This document shows positions 11,710 through 23,799 of a stretch of DNA of 64,000 nucleotides, piece by piece. The notes below the pieces were generated by a model that saw only the letters and a program-made list of their open reading frames with translations, did not search any database and was not told where the DNA came from. The DNA comes from Selaginella moellendorffii. Its lineage: Eukaryota > Plantae > Lycopodiophyta. Position 1 is the first letter of the stretch. Every line of letters begins with the position of its first letter. The stretch is from NCBI RefSeq assembly GCF_000143415.4, contig NW_003314303.1, forward strand, positions 842,613 to 906,612, given 5' to 3'. Position numbers and translations under genes: made by a program.

Positions 11710-14700
11710 ATGCTCATCTCGGAGGTACTTAGTGATCCAGGGATCGGCAATGTGGCTACAGTGAATCCGCTGCGGAGAATCGAGCGCCTGGTTTGCGACA
11801 TCGAGCAGGCGTCTCCGGGAATCGGTGTCGACACTGTCGAAGAGCTCCAAGAATGCGTGCTCGGCCTCAAATCCGAGCTCTCCGAGGAGCAGCGGCTGCA
11901 AATCTGGAAGCTGAGCTACCGGATTTGGAACACTTGCGTGGATATCGCCAACAGCATCCAGCAGCAGCAGCCGCCAGGCCGCGCAGCGGTGGATTCCTCG
12001 GCGGAATATCACGCGCGGCTTCGTCAGATCGCTAGCGAGATGCTTTTCTTGGCCGGTGCCGTTGGATCCATCCGCTCGAGCACTCTCAAGATGGCCACAT
12101 TCTTCCTTAGATCGGGCACGACCTGGCACAAGATCCGGAACTACAAATCGGCGGCCGGCTGCTTCGAGCGAGCCACCGAGATCGTCTCCAGAGACAACGT
12201 CTTCTCATCGATCGGCACCAGCGAAGAGCAGCAGTTCATGTTTGATCTGTGCCTTGCGCGGTCGAGAACAGCGTGGGAGATGTCTCACAAGGCGCTGGCT
12301 TCCAGTTTGCTAGGGAGGGCCCGTGGTTTTCTCCAAGACTCCCTGGAGAGGTATCAAGAGCTGGCGGACGTGTATCTTCTCTACGGGAAATCACTCCTGG
12401 CGCTCCAGGACTCGGAATCAAAGGCGGAGTCCGTCAAGTACGTGGAGCAAGCGTATGAGATTTGCTCCGAGGCGCTCAAGGGATCATGCAAGACCAAGAG
12501 CGAGGAGCAAACTGTCACAAGCCAGAAGCTCACAATTCTCAGGTACATTGCCGCTGGGCAGCTCCAGAACGGGAACTTCGAGGGAGTTCTCAAGTGCGTT
12601 TCGGTTCTCAAAGGCTCCTCGGATCATCCTAGCACGTCGTTCCTGGCGTTCAAGGCTTTGCTTGGTCTCAGCCGCTTCGAAGAGGCCGAGGAGGAGCTTA
12701 TAGCGCTCATATCTCATGACAAGGCTGCGGTGGAGGTGTGCCTCTCCGCTTTGACGTTCTTGATCGAAGAGACGACGCAGCAGCTGGACGTTGCAAAGAA
12801 AGCGTTCTTCGTTTTGCTTTCGAGGTTTTCATCCACAGCCGAAGTCTGCGCGAGCATAATTGAGAAGTTGCTGAAGCAAGCGTCACCGACTGATCCTATG
12901 AGCCGGAAGAGAGTGGAGGTGGCCTTGTCAATCGCGACGGACGACAGAGTCTTGAAGAGATTCAATGCTTGTGCTGGGCCGAGACTGCACAACCCGTTGC
13001 TGCATTGCCGGAAGGAGCTGGAGTCCATGCATGCGCTTCTCTGGAACTGGCAAGTGTTTTTTCACCGTTATATTGGAGCTGACTTGTGGTGTGTTTTGTA
13101 ATAGTGGCTCGGATTTCTTCCAGGCGAAGGACTATCCTACAGCCATCAGATTGTTCGAGGCTGCCATGCATTATCTGCCAGCGGAAGAAGAAACTACCAT
13201 GAGAGCGAAGGCATTGCGTGTTTTATGTCTCTGCTATCTTGGCCTCTTGCAGTATGACAGAGCTGCTGAATACGTTGACGCAGCTGAAAAGGTGATTTTT
13301 GGTTTTTTGTTGGTCTTATGACTGAGGATCTTTCTTTGTTCTTTGTAGCTTGAACCGAACGTGTCGTGCAGTTTTCTGAAGGTAAGTCGCTTGTTTGAGC
13401 TAGCAAGCTAACTACATCGATCTGTAAACTTGCAGTTCAAGATATGTCTACAAATAAATGACGAAGTCGGAGCAGCGAATCAAGTGAGCAAGATGATAAA
13501 ATGCGCAGATTTCGAACCAGAATATCTGACACTGGCATCACATGAAGCTGTGGCATGCAAGAACATTAAGGTTGCGGTCTCTGCTTTGTCGAACATGTTG
13601 GTCATGATCTCGTCCAATTCTCGACCTCCAGCAGGCACTAAAGAGGTGACCGTCTTCAGGAACTTGATTTTTCTCGCTTTGCAAGATCTGAAGTGTCAGG
13701 ACGAGGCAGTGAAATACTTGAAGCAGGCACGGCAGCGTCTGCAGGAAACAGGAGCTGAAACTTTCCTTGGATCCGGAAGCAGCGCAGAGAAAGAAGCGAG
13801 CTGGTTTGCTGGGTGCGCATGGAACCAGGGATTGGCTGCGGCAAAGACTCAGGACTGGAAAACTTGTGAAGAGCTTTTTGCCTGTGCTTCGGACTTTTAT
13901 GCGTTGCTTTCGGATACGGCAGAAAATTTGCAGTCACTAGAGACATCGCTGCTTCTGACCGTCGCTGCGTTGCTCATGATATGCAACGAGTCCGATACAG
14001 AGAAGCTGAAACTGGCAACGGTCTACATGGAGAAGTGTCGCAAGGTAATGTATTTCTAAGTCGAGCATTTTAGCTAGTTGCTGACATTGCCTTCGCAGGT
14101 GCATGCTTCTCTCTTGCTGAAGTCGCCAACTTTTGCAAGCACCGACTTCTACATGAACCTTTTGGCATTTGATCTCAAAGGCAAGATGAAGGAGTACAAG
14201 GAGCAGCTAGAGATTATGTACCGTTGTGCAAGCTTGCCTGGATTCAAGCCAGACTACTTTTTCAAGATGGCGATGCATGCATGTAACGGAGACGGAAGCA
14301 ACACTGAAGTTCCGATAGCAGCTTTCAAGTCCTGCCTGAACCTGCTGCTCAGTTCCGCAGCTCCAGACTACAAGCGAGCAGCAGTAATCATGAGGAAGCT
14401 CATAGTGCTTTCTGACCAGCGGAACAAGGATGGACCGGAGGTGCTGAAGCTGTACAGAGAAGCGAAGCACATGCTCTTGGGACTTCAGAATGGAGTCTAT
14501 CCGTCCGAGGAAATCCAGTGGCTGGTCTCGACTGCTTGGAACAGAGCAGCGTTGCAAGTCAAGCTTTCCCGACTTCCAGGAGCAGAACAGTGGATGAACA
14601 TTGCTCTGGAGCTGCTCAGCCATGCGCCTGCTATGGAACCTCAACGACAGGGAATGGTGGACAGCCTCAACGAGGTGATGAAGCAGAAGCAGGGCCATGT

Positions 14701-14719
14701 CGACTTGATGGAGGAGTGA
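11710..14719 (+). CDS. ZIP4: Meiotic TPR protein ZIP4/SPO22 (TEX11 orthologue), 5 exons
   Basis: IWKLSYRIWNTCVDIAN, HARLRQIASEML, ARSRTAWE, MHALLWNCGSDFFQAKDY, LTLASHEAVAC, WFAGCAWNQG, YPSEEIQWLVSTAWNRA match plant ZIP4. Confidence 0.93.
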
Positions 14720-14759
14720 CTCGAGGCCGTTACTTCAAGTAGGGTTTATGCAGCTTGCA

Positions 14760-15669
14760 ATGGGAGCAGAGAAGCGCGGGGCGCTCATTGTCCTGGAGGG
14801 TCTGGACAGGAGCGGGAAGAGCTCTCAGTGCCACAGGCTGGTTGAGTTTTTGAAGGGCACTGGGCTGAAGGTGGAGGCTTGGCGGTTTCCAGACAGGACA
14901 ACTGCCATCGGTAGCTCGATTTCGGCTTACTTGGGAGGGGGAGCTGAGCTTGACGATCGTGCTGTGCACCTTCTGTTTTCAGCAAACCGCTGGGAGAAGA
15001 GGTATGACTTGGAAGTATTTCTTGATTATTTCTTGAGAACAGCTCATCTTGTTTTCTCACAGGCTGCAGATGGAAAAGAAATTGATGGCTGGGACAACGC
15101 TGGTAGTAGATCGATATTCGTACTCAGGAGTGGCTTTCTCTGCTGCGAAGGGACTGGATCTTGAGTGGTGCAAGGTGAAAATCATTGCCTAAGCTTTAGC
15201 GTTTAACTAAGAGCACCTGGACAGGCTCCCGAGGTCGGACTTCCTGCTGCAGATCTGGTCTTGTACCTAGATATTTCGCCAGAGGTACTCTACATTCTAT
15301 AAAGCAGCTCTTTCGTTACTTTTTGTTTAGGAAGCTGCTGTGCGCGGTGGATATGGAGATGAGCGCTATGAGCAGCTGGATTTTCAGAAAAAAGTTGCCT
15401 TACAGTACAAAGGTCTGCAGGGTAAAAGATGGAAGGTGCGTCCGACTTTTGTTTTGTGGCAAGTTTTGAAGATATTGAACAGATTGTGGACGCAAGGCAA
15501 TCGTTTGATCAAGTTCACGAGCTGATGAGAGAAACGTGTGTGAAAACTGTCAGCAATTGCCTCAATGGGTGCCACCATCTTTCTCGGCTGTGGACAGGTA
15601 GGCTTACCATTTCACATTGCTTCATCACAAACTCTTTTTCTCTGCGCAGACGAAAGGGTAATCTTGTAG
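14760..15669 (+). CDS. Thymidylate kinase (dTMP kinase); alternative in-frame ATG at 14748, last exon inferred
   Basis: [18 protein letters not shown] (P-loop), [59 protein letters not shown]. Confidence 0.93.
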
Positions 15670-15931
15670 AGTGGGACCTGAGTTTTAGGGCTAAACAAAA
15701 GGAAGTTTTATGTAGCGCTAATTAAGAATGATAGAACAATCTATTGTTGGAATTTAGGGTTAGACTTGAGTACAATAATATCTTTTTATATTTTTACTAT
15801 TGCCATTTTACTATTCTATTATTACGTTTTCTCTATGATCTAATATTTAAGTTAAAAATAAGTTAAACTAAATCCTTTCACTCTTGTCTTTCTATATTTT
15901 ATATTACCCAACCACTCTACTCTATCACAAT

Positions 15932-16031
15932 NNNNNNNNNNNNNNNNNNNNNNNNNNNNNNNNNNNNNNNNNNNNNNNNNNNNNNNNNNNNNNNNNNNNN
16001 NNNNNNNNNNNNNNNNNNNNNNNNNNNNNNN
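15932..16031. other. Assembly gap (100 N)
   Basis: Run of N. Confidence 0.99.
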
Positions 16032-17534
16032 TAAAGGCCTATATAAGGAAAAGCCCCTCACAACATAAAACATTAAAGTGTGGAGTGATTCTAGGATAAA
16101 TTTTCTCTTCTAGTTTTGCAATATTCTTTTTTTGAGTCTTACTTCCTTAAAAAATATAAAAATTAGGAATGAGTAGAAATCCCTCTCCCCTATCTTTCTT
16201 TCAAGGCACAAAGCATGAAGAAATGGTGTGTTATTAATTATTAGCTTTGGATATAATGACCTCATGACAGCACGAAGAGTAAATGAAAAATTAATGAGAT
16301 CTTTGTCAACTCCTTCACCAAAAGATTTACACTCAATCATATCACCACTCTATAAATTCCTTCCAAAGAAGCACATAGTAAAGATTTTCATAGGTGGACA
16401 ATGCCTAGTGATCTTGCAATAAATACCAATAAATTTTAAAAAACACCTAATGGAGTATAAAACCATGGATCATAAAGGAAATCATCTAGAATTTTATATT
16501 AGGGAAATGAAATTTAAAGTTTTCTTTCCTTTGTCACTGCTATGGCTAATTAAAACCACTCACAGCTAACAAGACATCCTATAGGGACTTTACATGCTGA
16601 AGTCAAATTTCCAAAAATTCCACACAACTATGATGTACTGATAGGGAAAAATGAAAAATTGCTTTTGATAAAGAATATCATTGCTTTATAAAAAATTATA
16701 TAACAAAACAATTATAAAATTTAGTTCTCCCCTTCATCAAGAATGTTGTTCAAATCATAATTAAAACTTGAAACACTCTCTTTACATCATCTTTAGCTTC
16801 CCTTGTAGCTTCATCTATAAAAAAGCCATTCCACTAAATTAACAATTCCTAAGTTGTCTTATAGCATATTTTCATCAATCTTTGAGCAAGAATATTAGCT
16901 AGACCAGCCTTCTTAACATTAATCTTTAGGACTTAGATGATGATTGATCTATGACATCACTAGAGTGTAAACACATTTTAAACTTGCTCACATGGAATGT
17001 TAAATAAGTCTTCGAACTTATTAATAAGATCCCCCACACATTACAAAATTGTCCAAGACCTACAATACCATGGAGACAACTTAGCATTACCACCTTCTTT
17101 CAGAGACTATTGTGCATATGACAGCTTAAGAAAAACCTTGTTACCAACTAAGTAATTTTGATAACAACAATGCTTATTAGCCAATCTCTTATCTTTTTCT
17201 TGAACTTGTCTTATGTTTAACTTTAATAACTCAAACTTATCTTGTATATCCTCTAGGAAATCACAAGCATGAGGTATTTGAATCAGGCAAACCTCTCTAA
17301 TGTTTGCTTCTTCTCAACACTACCTGAATCCAATACAGAAAAGGAAACGACAAGTAAAAAATCCAACCAACCATAAAAGATGAACAGTTAACATCTGAAG
17401 ATGAGAGCATAGATGGATTTGGGACCTACATCACAGCCAGTTTGAATTTTGTCCATGCCACAAGCCAAATAGGTGCTCAGTTACCGGGCCCCGCTGAGCT
17501 CGCTTAACTGCAAAATAAAATTAGCAGCTAGAAC

Positions 17535-19781
17535 TTAGGAGAAGCTACTTACGAGTGGGGTATCGGAGTTTCTTAGCGCTGTAGAACTATCTGAAGATCC
17601 AGCTTCGTCCCGGCTAGCTTGGGCCGGGAGCAGCTGGAACAGCTCTTCCAGCTTCCTAGCAACAAAGCTCATGCTCGGGCGATCTCTCCCCCGTGGCTTC
17701 GTGCAGTCGAGTGCCAGCTGCAGAATCTGTTGCAACAAGCTGCTTCCGCAACTCGTGAAGTCGTACCGGACAGAAGGGTCAGCCACAGCATCAGCAGCTC
17801 GATTTTCCTCCACAAGGTTAGACACCCAAGAAACAATGCCTTCTTGCTCCAAACCCTGCTCCTTGATGACAATCTTGCGATCGGTGATAAGCTCCAGCAG
17901 CACGACACCGAAGCTATAGACATCGCTCTTGCTGGTCAGCTGCAGCGTCTGGAAGTACTCTGGATCGAGGTAACCTGGAGTTCCCATAACTGTCACGTTG
18001 CTGAGATGAGTTTGACCTGGAACGGGGCCAAAGAGCGAGAGCCCAAAGTCGGAGACGTGAGCGTTCCACTGGCCGTCGAGTAGCACATTTGCAGTCTTAA
18101 TGTCTCTGTGGATAATCGACGGATTCGAGTACTCGTGAAGGTACTCTATACCCCGAGCAGCCTGCAGTGCGATTCTCACTCGACGGACGGCACGCAACTT
18201 TAAGTCCAGCTTCTTGAAGAGGCAGTCGTAGAGAGAGCCATTCTCCATGAACTCAAAAACCAGGAGCCGCTCAGCTTTGCAGTAGCCAACCAAGTTGACG
18301 AGGTTGACGTGATTGATTCTCCCAAGCAGTTCCAGCTCCTTGTCAAACGTGGAACCCGTTCCTGGACTAGCAGCCCTTTTGATGGCTACAACTTGACCGT
18401 TTGAAAGTATACCCTTGTACACCACTCCAAATGCGCCTCTTCCAAGGATCATATCTTCCCCGTAGTTTCGAGTGGCAACCTGGAGCTCGACACTTGAAAA
18501 TGCTACGACTCTGTTTGCAAGGTCGTCCCACCTGTCGTCTCCACGGGTGGATGCACCAGCCGCACGTCTCCGGCATATGTATCCGGCAACACCTGCTATG
18601 GCTGCAACAGCTGCTAAGCCCCCAAGTACACCGCCAACTATCCCCACGATGTTCGGGCCTGTCTGCTTGTTACCAGTCTTCGAGGGAGGTACCACAGTGT
18701 TGACTGCATCACACACCCTGTCGCTGGTTTTGTTGCAAGGGGCAATTTCTGTTTGTCCACTCTCAGTGCATGGACCTTGAGAGCAAGCAAGACAAACAGT
18801 CTCCTCGTTTGACGTGCAAACACCTGTATTGTCCACATACTCTTTGCTGTTGCAAGATGTGGAACATAAGCCTCTGTTTGTCTTGACGCTGTCCAGAGTA
18901 CCAGTGTAGGATCCCCAGCAACGAATAGCTCCTCCATCCATAGTGACTCCACAGGTGTACCAATCTCCAGCTGCAATGCTTGAGAATGCAGTGCCATTCG
19001 GGACTTGCAGCTGTAATTTGGAATTATCACCCCAACATCTCGCTTCATGCGTGTCTTCTGTCAAGCCGCATGTGTGAAACAATCCCCCGCTGATAGCTTG
19101 AAACTTCACTCCAACCGGAGGCTCGCACTGCTTGTGAGAGTTATCACCCCAGCATAGCGTCTGCTCTGTCCCTCGCTCAATGCCACATACGTGAAGCCTG
19201 CCTGCATATATATTCTCGAACGTTGATCTCGGATCACGAACAGTCACATTCGATGATGTTAGCTGGCCCCAGCATGTTGCCTTGGAACTGGACCTGCTCA
19301 GGCCGCAAGTGAAGTAATCACCTGCGGTGACTTTCCAGAAGTCCTGGTAAGGCGGAGGCTGGCTTTGGCCGAACGCATTGTTCCCCCAGCAGTGCACCAG
19401 ATCGGAACCGAGCTTGACTGCACAGGCATGCCACCCACCTGAATTTAAATCCGCGTACCTCACATTCCTGTACTCTTCGCTCACGTTCAGGCCCCAGCAA
19501 ATCGGGAAATGCGTCTGCTGCTGCAAGCCGCAGGTGAAGTAACCCCCTCCCGATAACGCGTAGAATGAGATGTCTGAAGGTGGCTCACTCGCGATTGGCG
19601 ACCTTTGGGAAGAGCAGACTGCCGTGAGTCTTGGCAGCTGGAGGCTACAGACAGAGTAGTCGCCAACTGAGACATCTGTGCTAACCCACATGGCTGAAAG
19701 AGTGCTCATGTACCCAACTGCGGAGACAAGCTGGAGGTGGGTGACTCCGAGGAGCACGAGTGAGAATCGAAATCGCTCCAT
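17535..19781 (-). CDS. CRINKLY4/ACR4-family receptor-like kinase, intronless
   Basis: Signal peptide, about seven crinkly/RCC1-like repeats (SGGxFTCGL...CWG), TNFR-like Cys-rich segment (C..TSDRVC), TM helix, intact kinase (GRGAFGVVYKG, VAIK, HRDIKTANVLL, DFGLS, GTPGYLDPEY). Confidence 0.93.
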   Translation of the reverse strand: MERFRFSLVLLGVTHLQLVSAVGYMSTLSAMWVSTDVSVGDYSVCSLQLPRLTAVCSSQRSPIASEPPSDISFYALSGGGYFTCGLQQQTHFPICWGLNVSEEYRNVRYADLNSGGWHACAVKLGSDLVHCWGNNAFGQSQPPPYQDFWKVTAGDYFTCGLSRSSSKATCWGQLTSSNVTVRDPRSTFENIYAGRLHVCGIERGTEQTLCWGDNSHKQCEPPVGVKFQAISGGLFHTCGLTEDTHEARCWGDNSKLQLQVPNGTAFSSIAAGDWYTCGVTMDGGAIRCWGSYTGTLDSVKTNRGLCSTSCNSKEYVDNTGVCTSNEETVCLACSQGPCTESGQTEIAPCNKTSDRVCDAVNTVVPPSKTGNKQTGPNIVGIVGGVLGGLAAVAAIAGVAGYICRRRAAGASTRGDDRWDDLANRVVAFSSVELQVATRNYGEDMILGRGAFGVVYKGILSNGQVVAIKRAASPGTGSTFDKELELLGRINHVNLVNLVGYCKAERLLVFEFMENGSLYDCLFKKLDLKLRAVRRVRIALQAARGIEYLHEYSNPSIIHRDIKTANVLLDGQWNAHVSDFGLSLFGPVPGQTHLSNVTVMGTPGYLDPEYFQTLQLTSKSDVYSFGVVLLELITDRKIVIKEQGLEQEGIVSWVSNLVEENRAADAVADPSVRYDFTSCGSSLLQQILQLALDCTKPRGRDRPSMSFVARKLEELFQLLPAQASRDEAGSSDSSTALRNSDTPLVSSFS

Positions 19782-20279
19782 GACCAGTGTTAGGGTCAGG
19801 CCTAGGAGTGGATGATCGGGGCAGAGGTCATTTTGGGAGTTTGAGCGACTCGATTTCTGGGTAATGTAGTGACTAAGGATTGTTAAGCTTTCTCAGAAAA
19901 ATAAAAAAATTAATTTTATGGTGAAAATAGCCAAACGACGTCCTCAGGAAATTTCGTATGAAACCAGGTCAAGACTGGCACATTGACATGACTGACTGAC
20001 TGATACTTCGAAAGCAAAAGTCTATCAAAGATAAACATTTTCCCACTTAGTTTTGCTGTTACAGGGTGCAGCACGAAAGCAGAACATAACAGAACAGAAA
20101 CAGCGGTAATGGCCAGAGCTTCACTTTTAGTCTGGAAATATGCCTGTGCTTCACTTGGACAATTCATCCTTCCTGTTGCTTTTTGAAGTAACTTAGCTAT
20201 TTAAGACCTCATTTCCATATAAATAAGCTCTCATTTTGCTTATTAATTATTAACCTTGGGTCCTTGACAAGCTTTTGAC

Positions 20280-21145
20280 TTGACTAAATAAATAAGCCTC
20301 CCTGTTTCGATTGCCAACTCGCGGGCGCTTGCTCGGATCCTTGCTCAAATCCTTCATTGGGACGTAAGGAGTCCGAGATATACTGGTTGTCCAATTTCTC
20401 TGTCCGGGTTCCACGTTTCTGTGTATATCCGTATTCACCGCCCTCATCACAGCCGTAGCGCTATTCCAGTCCGGCTATTCTCAAGACGTCGGACAAACTC
20501 AGCATGCAATCATGAACTCCGACCAACTAGCAAAAGAGCGTTAGCGAGGATGGTACCATCGACTGGCGCAATGGACCTATCGACTTGGTGTTAATTTTGC
20601 TCACATCCTGGATAGCACCACAGGGTTCCAAAACGGGTGGATGCAGACCGCCACTGCTAAACACCCGCAGAAAAAATTTACTATCTACTCCAGGGCGCTC
20701 AACTCTCGTTTGGAACTGGGACAACAAATTTATTTGCACTGAACTCCTACAGCACGACGCGACACAGCACAATGAATCAGGACCGGCCCCCACAAATTGC
20801 ACGTAGAAGTTGGCCGATGGACAATCCCAAAGACACCTAGAGAACAGCGAACATGCCTGCTGTTTGAACTACAGGTTGAAGATCTTCAACATTTCGTCCA
20901 GCTCTGTTCAGCTTATGACTTCATCCGTCGACTCGTTCCACAACTCAATTGGGAGACAAACTCACTTGAGCAGATCATGGGCACACCAGAACTAACAATT
21001 TATATACAAGCTTACCTCCATGATTGAACAACGCCCTGACTTCCCCTTCCTCCTCACGACACCAGCAGCCCACAGATAAGTATTCGTCCCACGCTCTCAC
21101 AGGGGGCGCTCCCGGACGCAAAACAGGTTGTTGTTGTTGTTGTTG
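20280..21145 (+). mobile_element. 5'-truncated degenerate non-LTR retrotransposon (RTE/RTEX-like LINE), 3' portion
   Basis: Stop-interrupted frame GWYHRLAQW...IRTGPHKLHVEVGRWTIPKTPREQRTCLL...VEDLQHFVQLCSAYDFIR resembles the LINE ORF2 C-terminal zinc-finger region; ends in (TTG)6 at 21128-21145. 5' limit approximate, no TSD seen. Confidence 0.65.
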
Positions 21146-21699
21146 CATTCTGGTTGTGGTGCGTGTCATCCATGTTTGAAGTGCTTGGACTGTCCACTCT
21201 TCCTTGTACTCCGGGTGTTGGAGAATCTCCACTGAGGCCGAAGGCTGTAGTCCAGTACGACGACATCAGCAATTACGCTGCAAAGAAATGGCCTTCGCTA
21301 CTCGGGAAGAGCTGAAAACAATGACTGATGACGAGAAGAGTAGCACAGAAGTGATCTTTGCAACAATAGTTGGCGCTGATATCGACACTGTCATCAGTAG
21401 TGCAGGGACGGAATTTCAGGAGAGTAACTTCCAAAAACAGCCAAGACAGAGTCTCACGTAGGAAAGAAGAAAACAAGAGGAGCCAGAGCACGTCTTATGG
21501 TGGTGAGAATTCTTCTTCAAAACCAAAGCAAGGCAAGTATTTCTCCCATACTCCTTGTTATGTCAAGTTTTCTATAAAAAACTTTCTCATGATAAAAAAT
21601 TTTCAACACAGGAGCAAAGATACAATACTATTTCAAATGCTAAAATGCCACTTAACACTTCTCATCCCAACTATGAATAGGGCCTGTTTTAATGTAATC

Positions 21700-22400
21700 T
21701 AGAGAAGATCAATCAAAGGAACAACTATCTCTAAGAAGTCCTTCATAAATCAATAAAAAACTCCAATTATACCAAGGAAATTATGAAGACCATACACTAA
21801 ACTAATCAACCATAACCTAGATCTTTATGGGATCAAGCATGGAAATCAAATATTTTAAATATCCAGTCTCTTCTAAAAAAACTCATACTTGGATAACTTG
21901 AAGTATTTTCCTTTAAAAGTTGCAAAACATTTTACACATGTATCTTATGTTCCTCTATTAAAAACTTGTAGTGACCTATTCTTATCCAGAATGCAATTTT
22001 TGAAACACCCTTTAGCTTGACATAAATTTGATGATACCCTTATCTCAAATCAATCTTTATAAAATATTCAACACCACAAAGATAATCGAGCAAACCATTG
22101 ATACAAGGGATTGAGAAAATATTCTTCAATGTCCTATTATTTAATCCTTTGTAGTTTATAGAGACATCTTTCTTCTTGATCATCACCATTGAAGTAGCCT
22201 AAGGAGACTTGCTTATCTATAATTACCCTTTTTAAAGGTACTCAGCAAGCTATTTATTAATCTCCTCATCTTCAATGGGACTAATATGAGTTGATAAATA
22301 GTAACTTTAGAAACAAAGTCAATCTCATGTTGAATCTCACATTCTAGGGGTAAAATATCAAGCAACACATCTAAAAATATATTATAAAACTCCTTTTGAA
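21700..22400 (-). mobile_element. Decayed Ty3/gypsy reverse transcriptase remnant
   Basis: EFYNIFLDVL..IQHEIDF, KSP*ATSMVMIKKKD..INYKGLNNRTLKNIFSIPCINGLLDYL..YFIKIDLR*GYHQI, FLGIIGVFY*FMKDF; many stops. Confidence 0.8.
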
Positions 22401-23799
22401 TGTAGTTCACACAAGCCTTATGTTTACAAATATACTCTAAATTAAACATGATCATATTAGAAAGAAATGGCAAAAAAAACTAACTATCTTATGTGTGCAA
22501 TTCATCAACTCTAAAGCATTAATGAATAGAATATCACTATTGTTTATCCCAACAATCTCTTTTATCAACTTTGATATTAATGAAATGAATAAAGAGCAAA
22601 CTTTAAACCCTTCTTGACCTTTTGTTGCACATCCACAAAGTTCAAACTTTTGATGAAACATTGCACCTTTAGTAGCTCATAGAAAGATTCTAGAAGTAAA
22701 GACATGTGTGCATAACTATAAAATTTTAAACACCATGCTTGAATTTTGAGGATTTCTTGAGTTTTCTTCATTTTTAGGGTAAGAATAATCATTTTCTTCT
22801 CTTCATATCTGGATTGCTAATTAATTTTGGCAATGAAGCAAATACCTTTATAAATCTTGCTGACCATTTCATTCTAGCATAAAAAAATTCTTAATTCCAT
22901 GTTTGGAGTGTAGTATGCAAATAAGTTTTCTTCATCTCGTATATAATAATTATTTCAAAAGCTCAATACATAATGGAAATTCCCTAATTTTTATTTTTTT
23001 TCTTTCTCTAAAGTCATTATATGTGAGTTTTGGTTTAGGATCAAGCGATTTATAATGTTTTTCTCTTGTGCTCTTTTATTTGAAGCATCAAAAAAGTTTC
23101 AGGCATTCTTGGATGAATTTGAGCAACATAAGTTGATCTTTCTTTACATGGTTAAATAGATCTTGGATAAGGATTTCTATCAAATAAAATTTTAGGAGTT
23201 AGCAGCCTGAGATCTTCACTTAGATATATGTTTATTAGTTTTAGTGAGAGTTTTGAATGTGTTTGAGTGAGATTTTTAGGGTTTATATTTTTTACAAGAT
23301 TGTTATACATGTTTCTAGCTTTGTAATAAATTTAGTTTCATGATTTTTTAAGCTTTTTATGAGACTTTTAAGGGTTTTTATTTTGAGCTTTGTATCATTG
23401 AATATGTGAGAAATTTTTTAAAGGTTGAGAGATTTTTCTTGATGTTTTATCCTTTGCATCATCTCATGGTTTTTTTTATTGTCTTGGAATGTGTCTAGTT
23501 GCTTATCTTTCATGTTTAGTTCTTTAATTGAGAGACATTTATTTGAGTGGAGAGCGAGATCTAACATATAATGAGTGCACAAAAGGCTAGAAAGTGTTAT
23601 AGGGAGTGATTTCAGAATTTAGTAAAATTTAGAATTTCAGAAAAGGTGATTAGCAAATAAAACCTTGTGATTTGAGCTTTTTAAACTCTTCATTAACATT
23701 GCAATAAATACCTAGTTTTGGCATTTGGCATATCTCAAAGGTTTGATACCCATTTGTATTGTATTCCTCTTACACACCCATGACTCAAAGAAAGGTTCT

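Noticed and set aside
15852-16099. ORFs containing X runs (also 63383-63642)
   Set aside because: Artefacts of N gaps.
15745-17350. Possible copia-like LTR start (TGTTGG) and decayed TE around the first gap
   Set aside because: AT-rich, CpG-depleted and TE-like, but no partner LTR, TSD or protein motif that I can support; the gap hides the structure.
21146-21540. Coding-like block after the LINE tail
   Set aside because: Several short frames, none assignable to a family.
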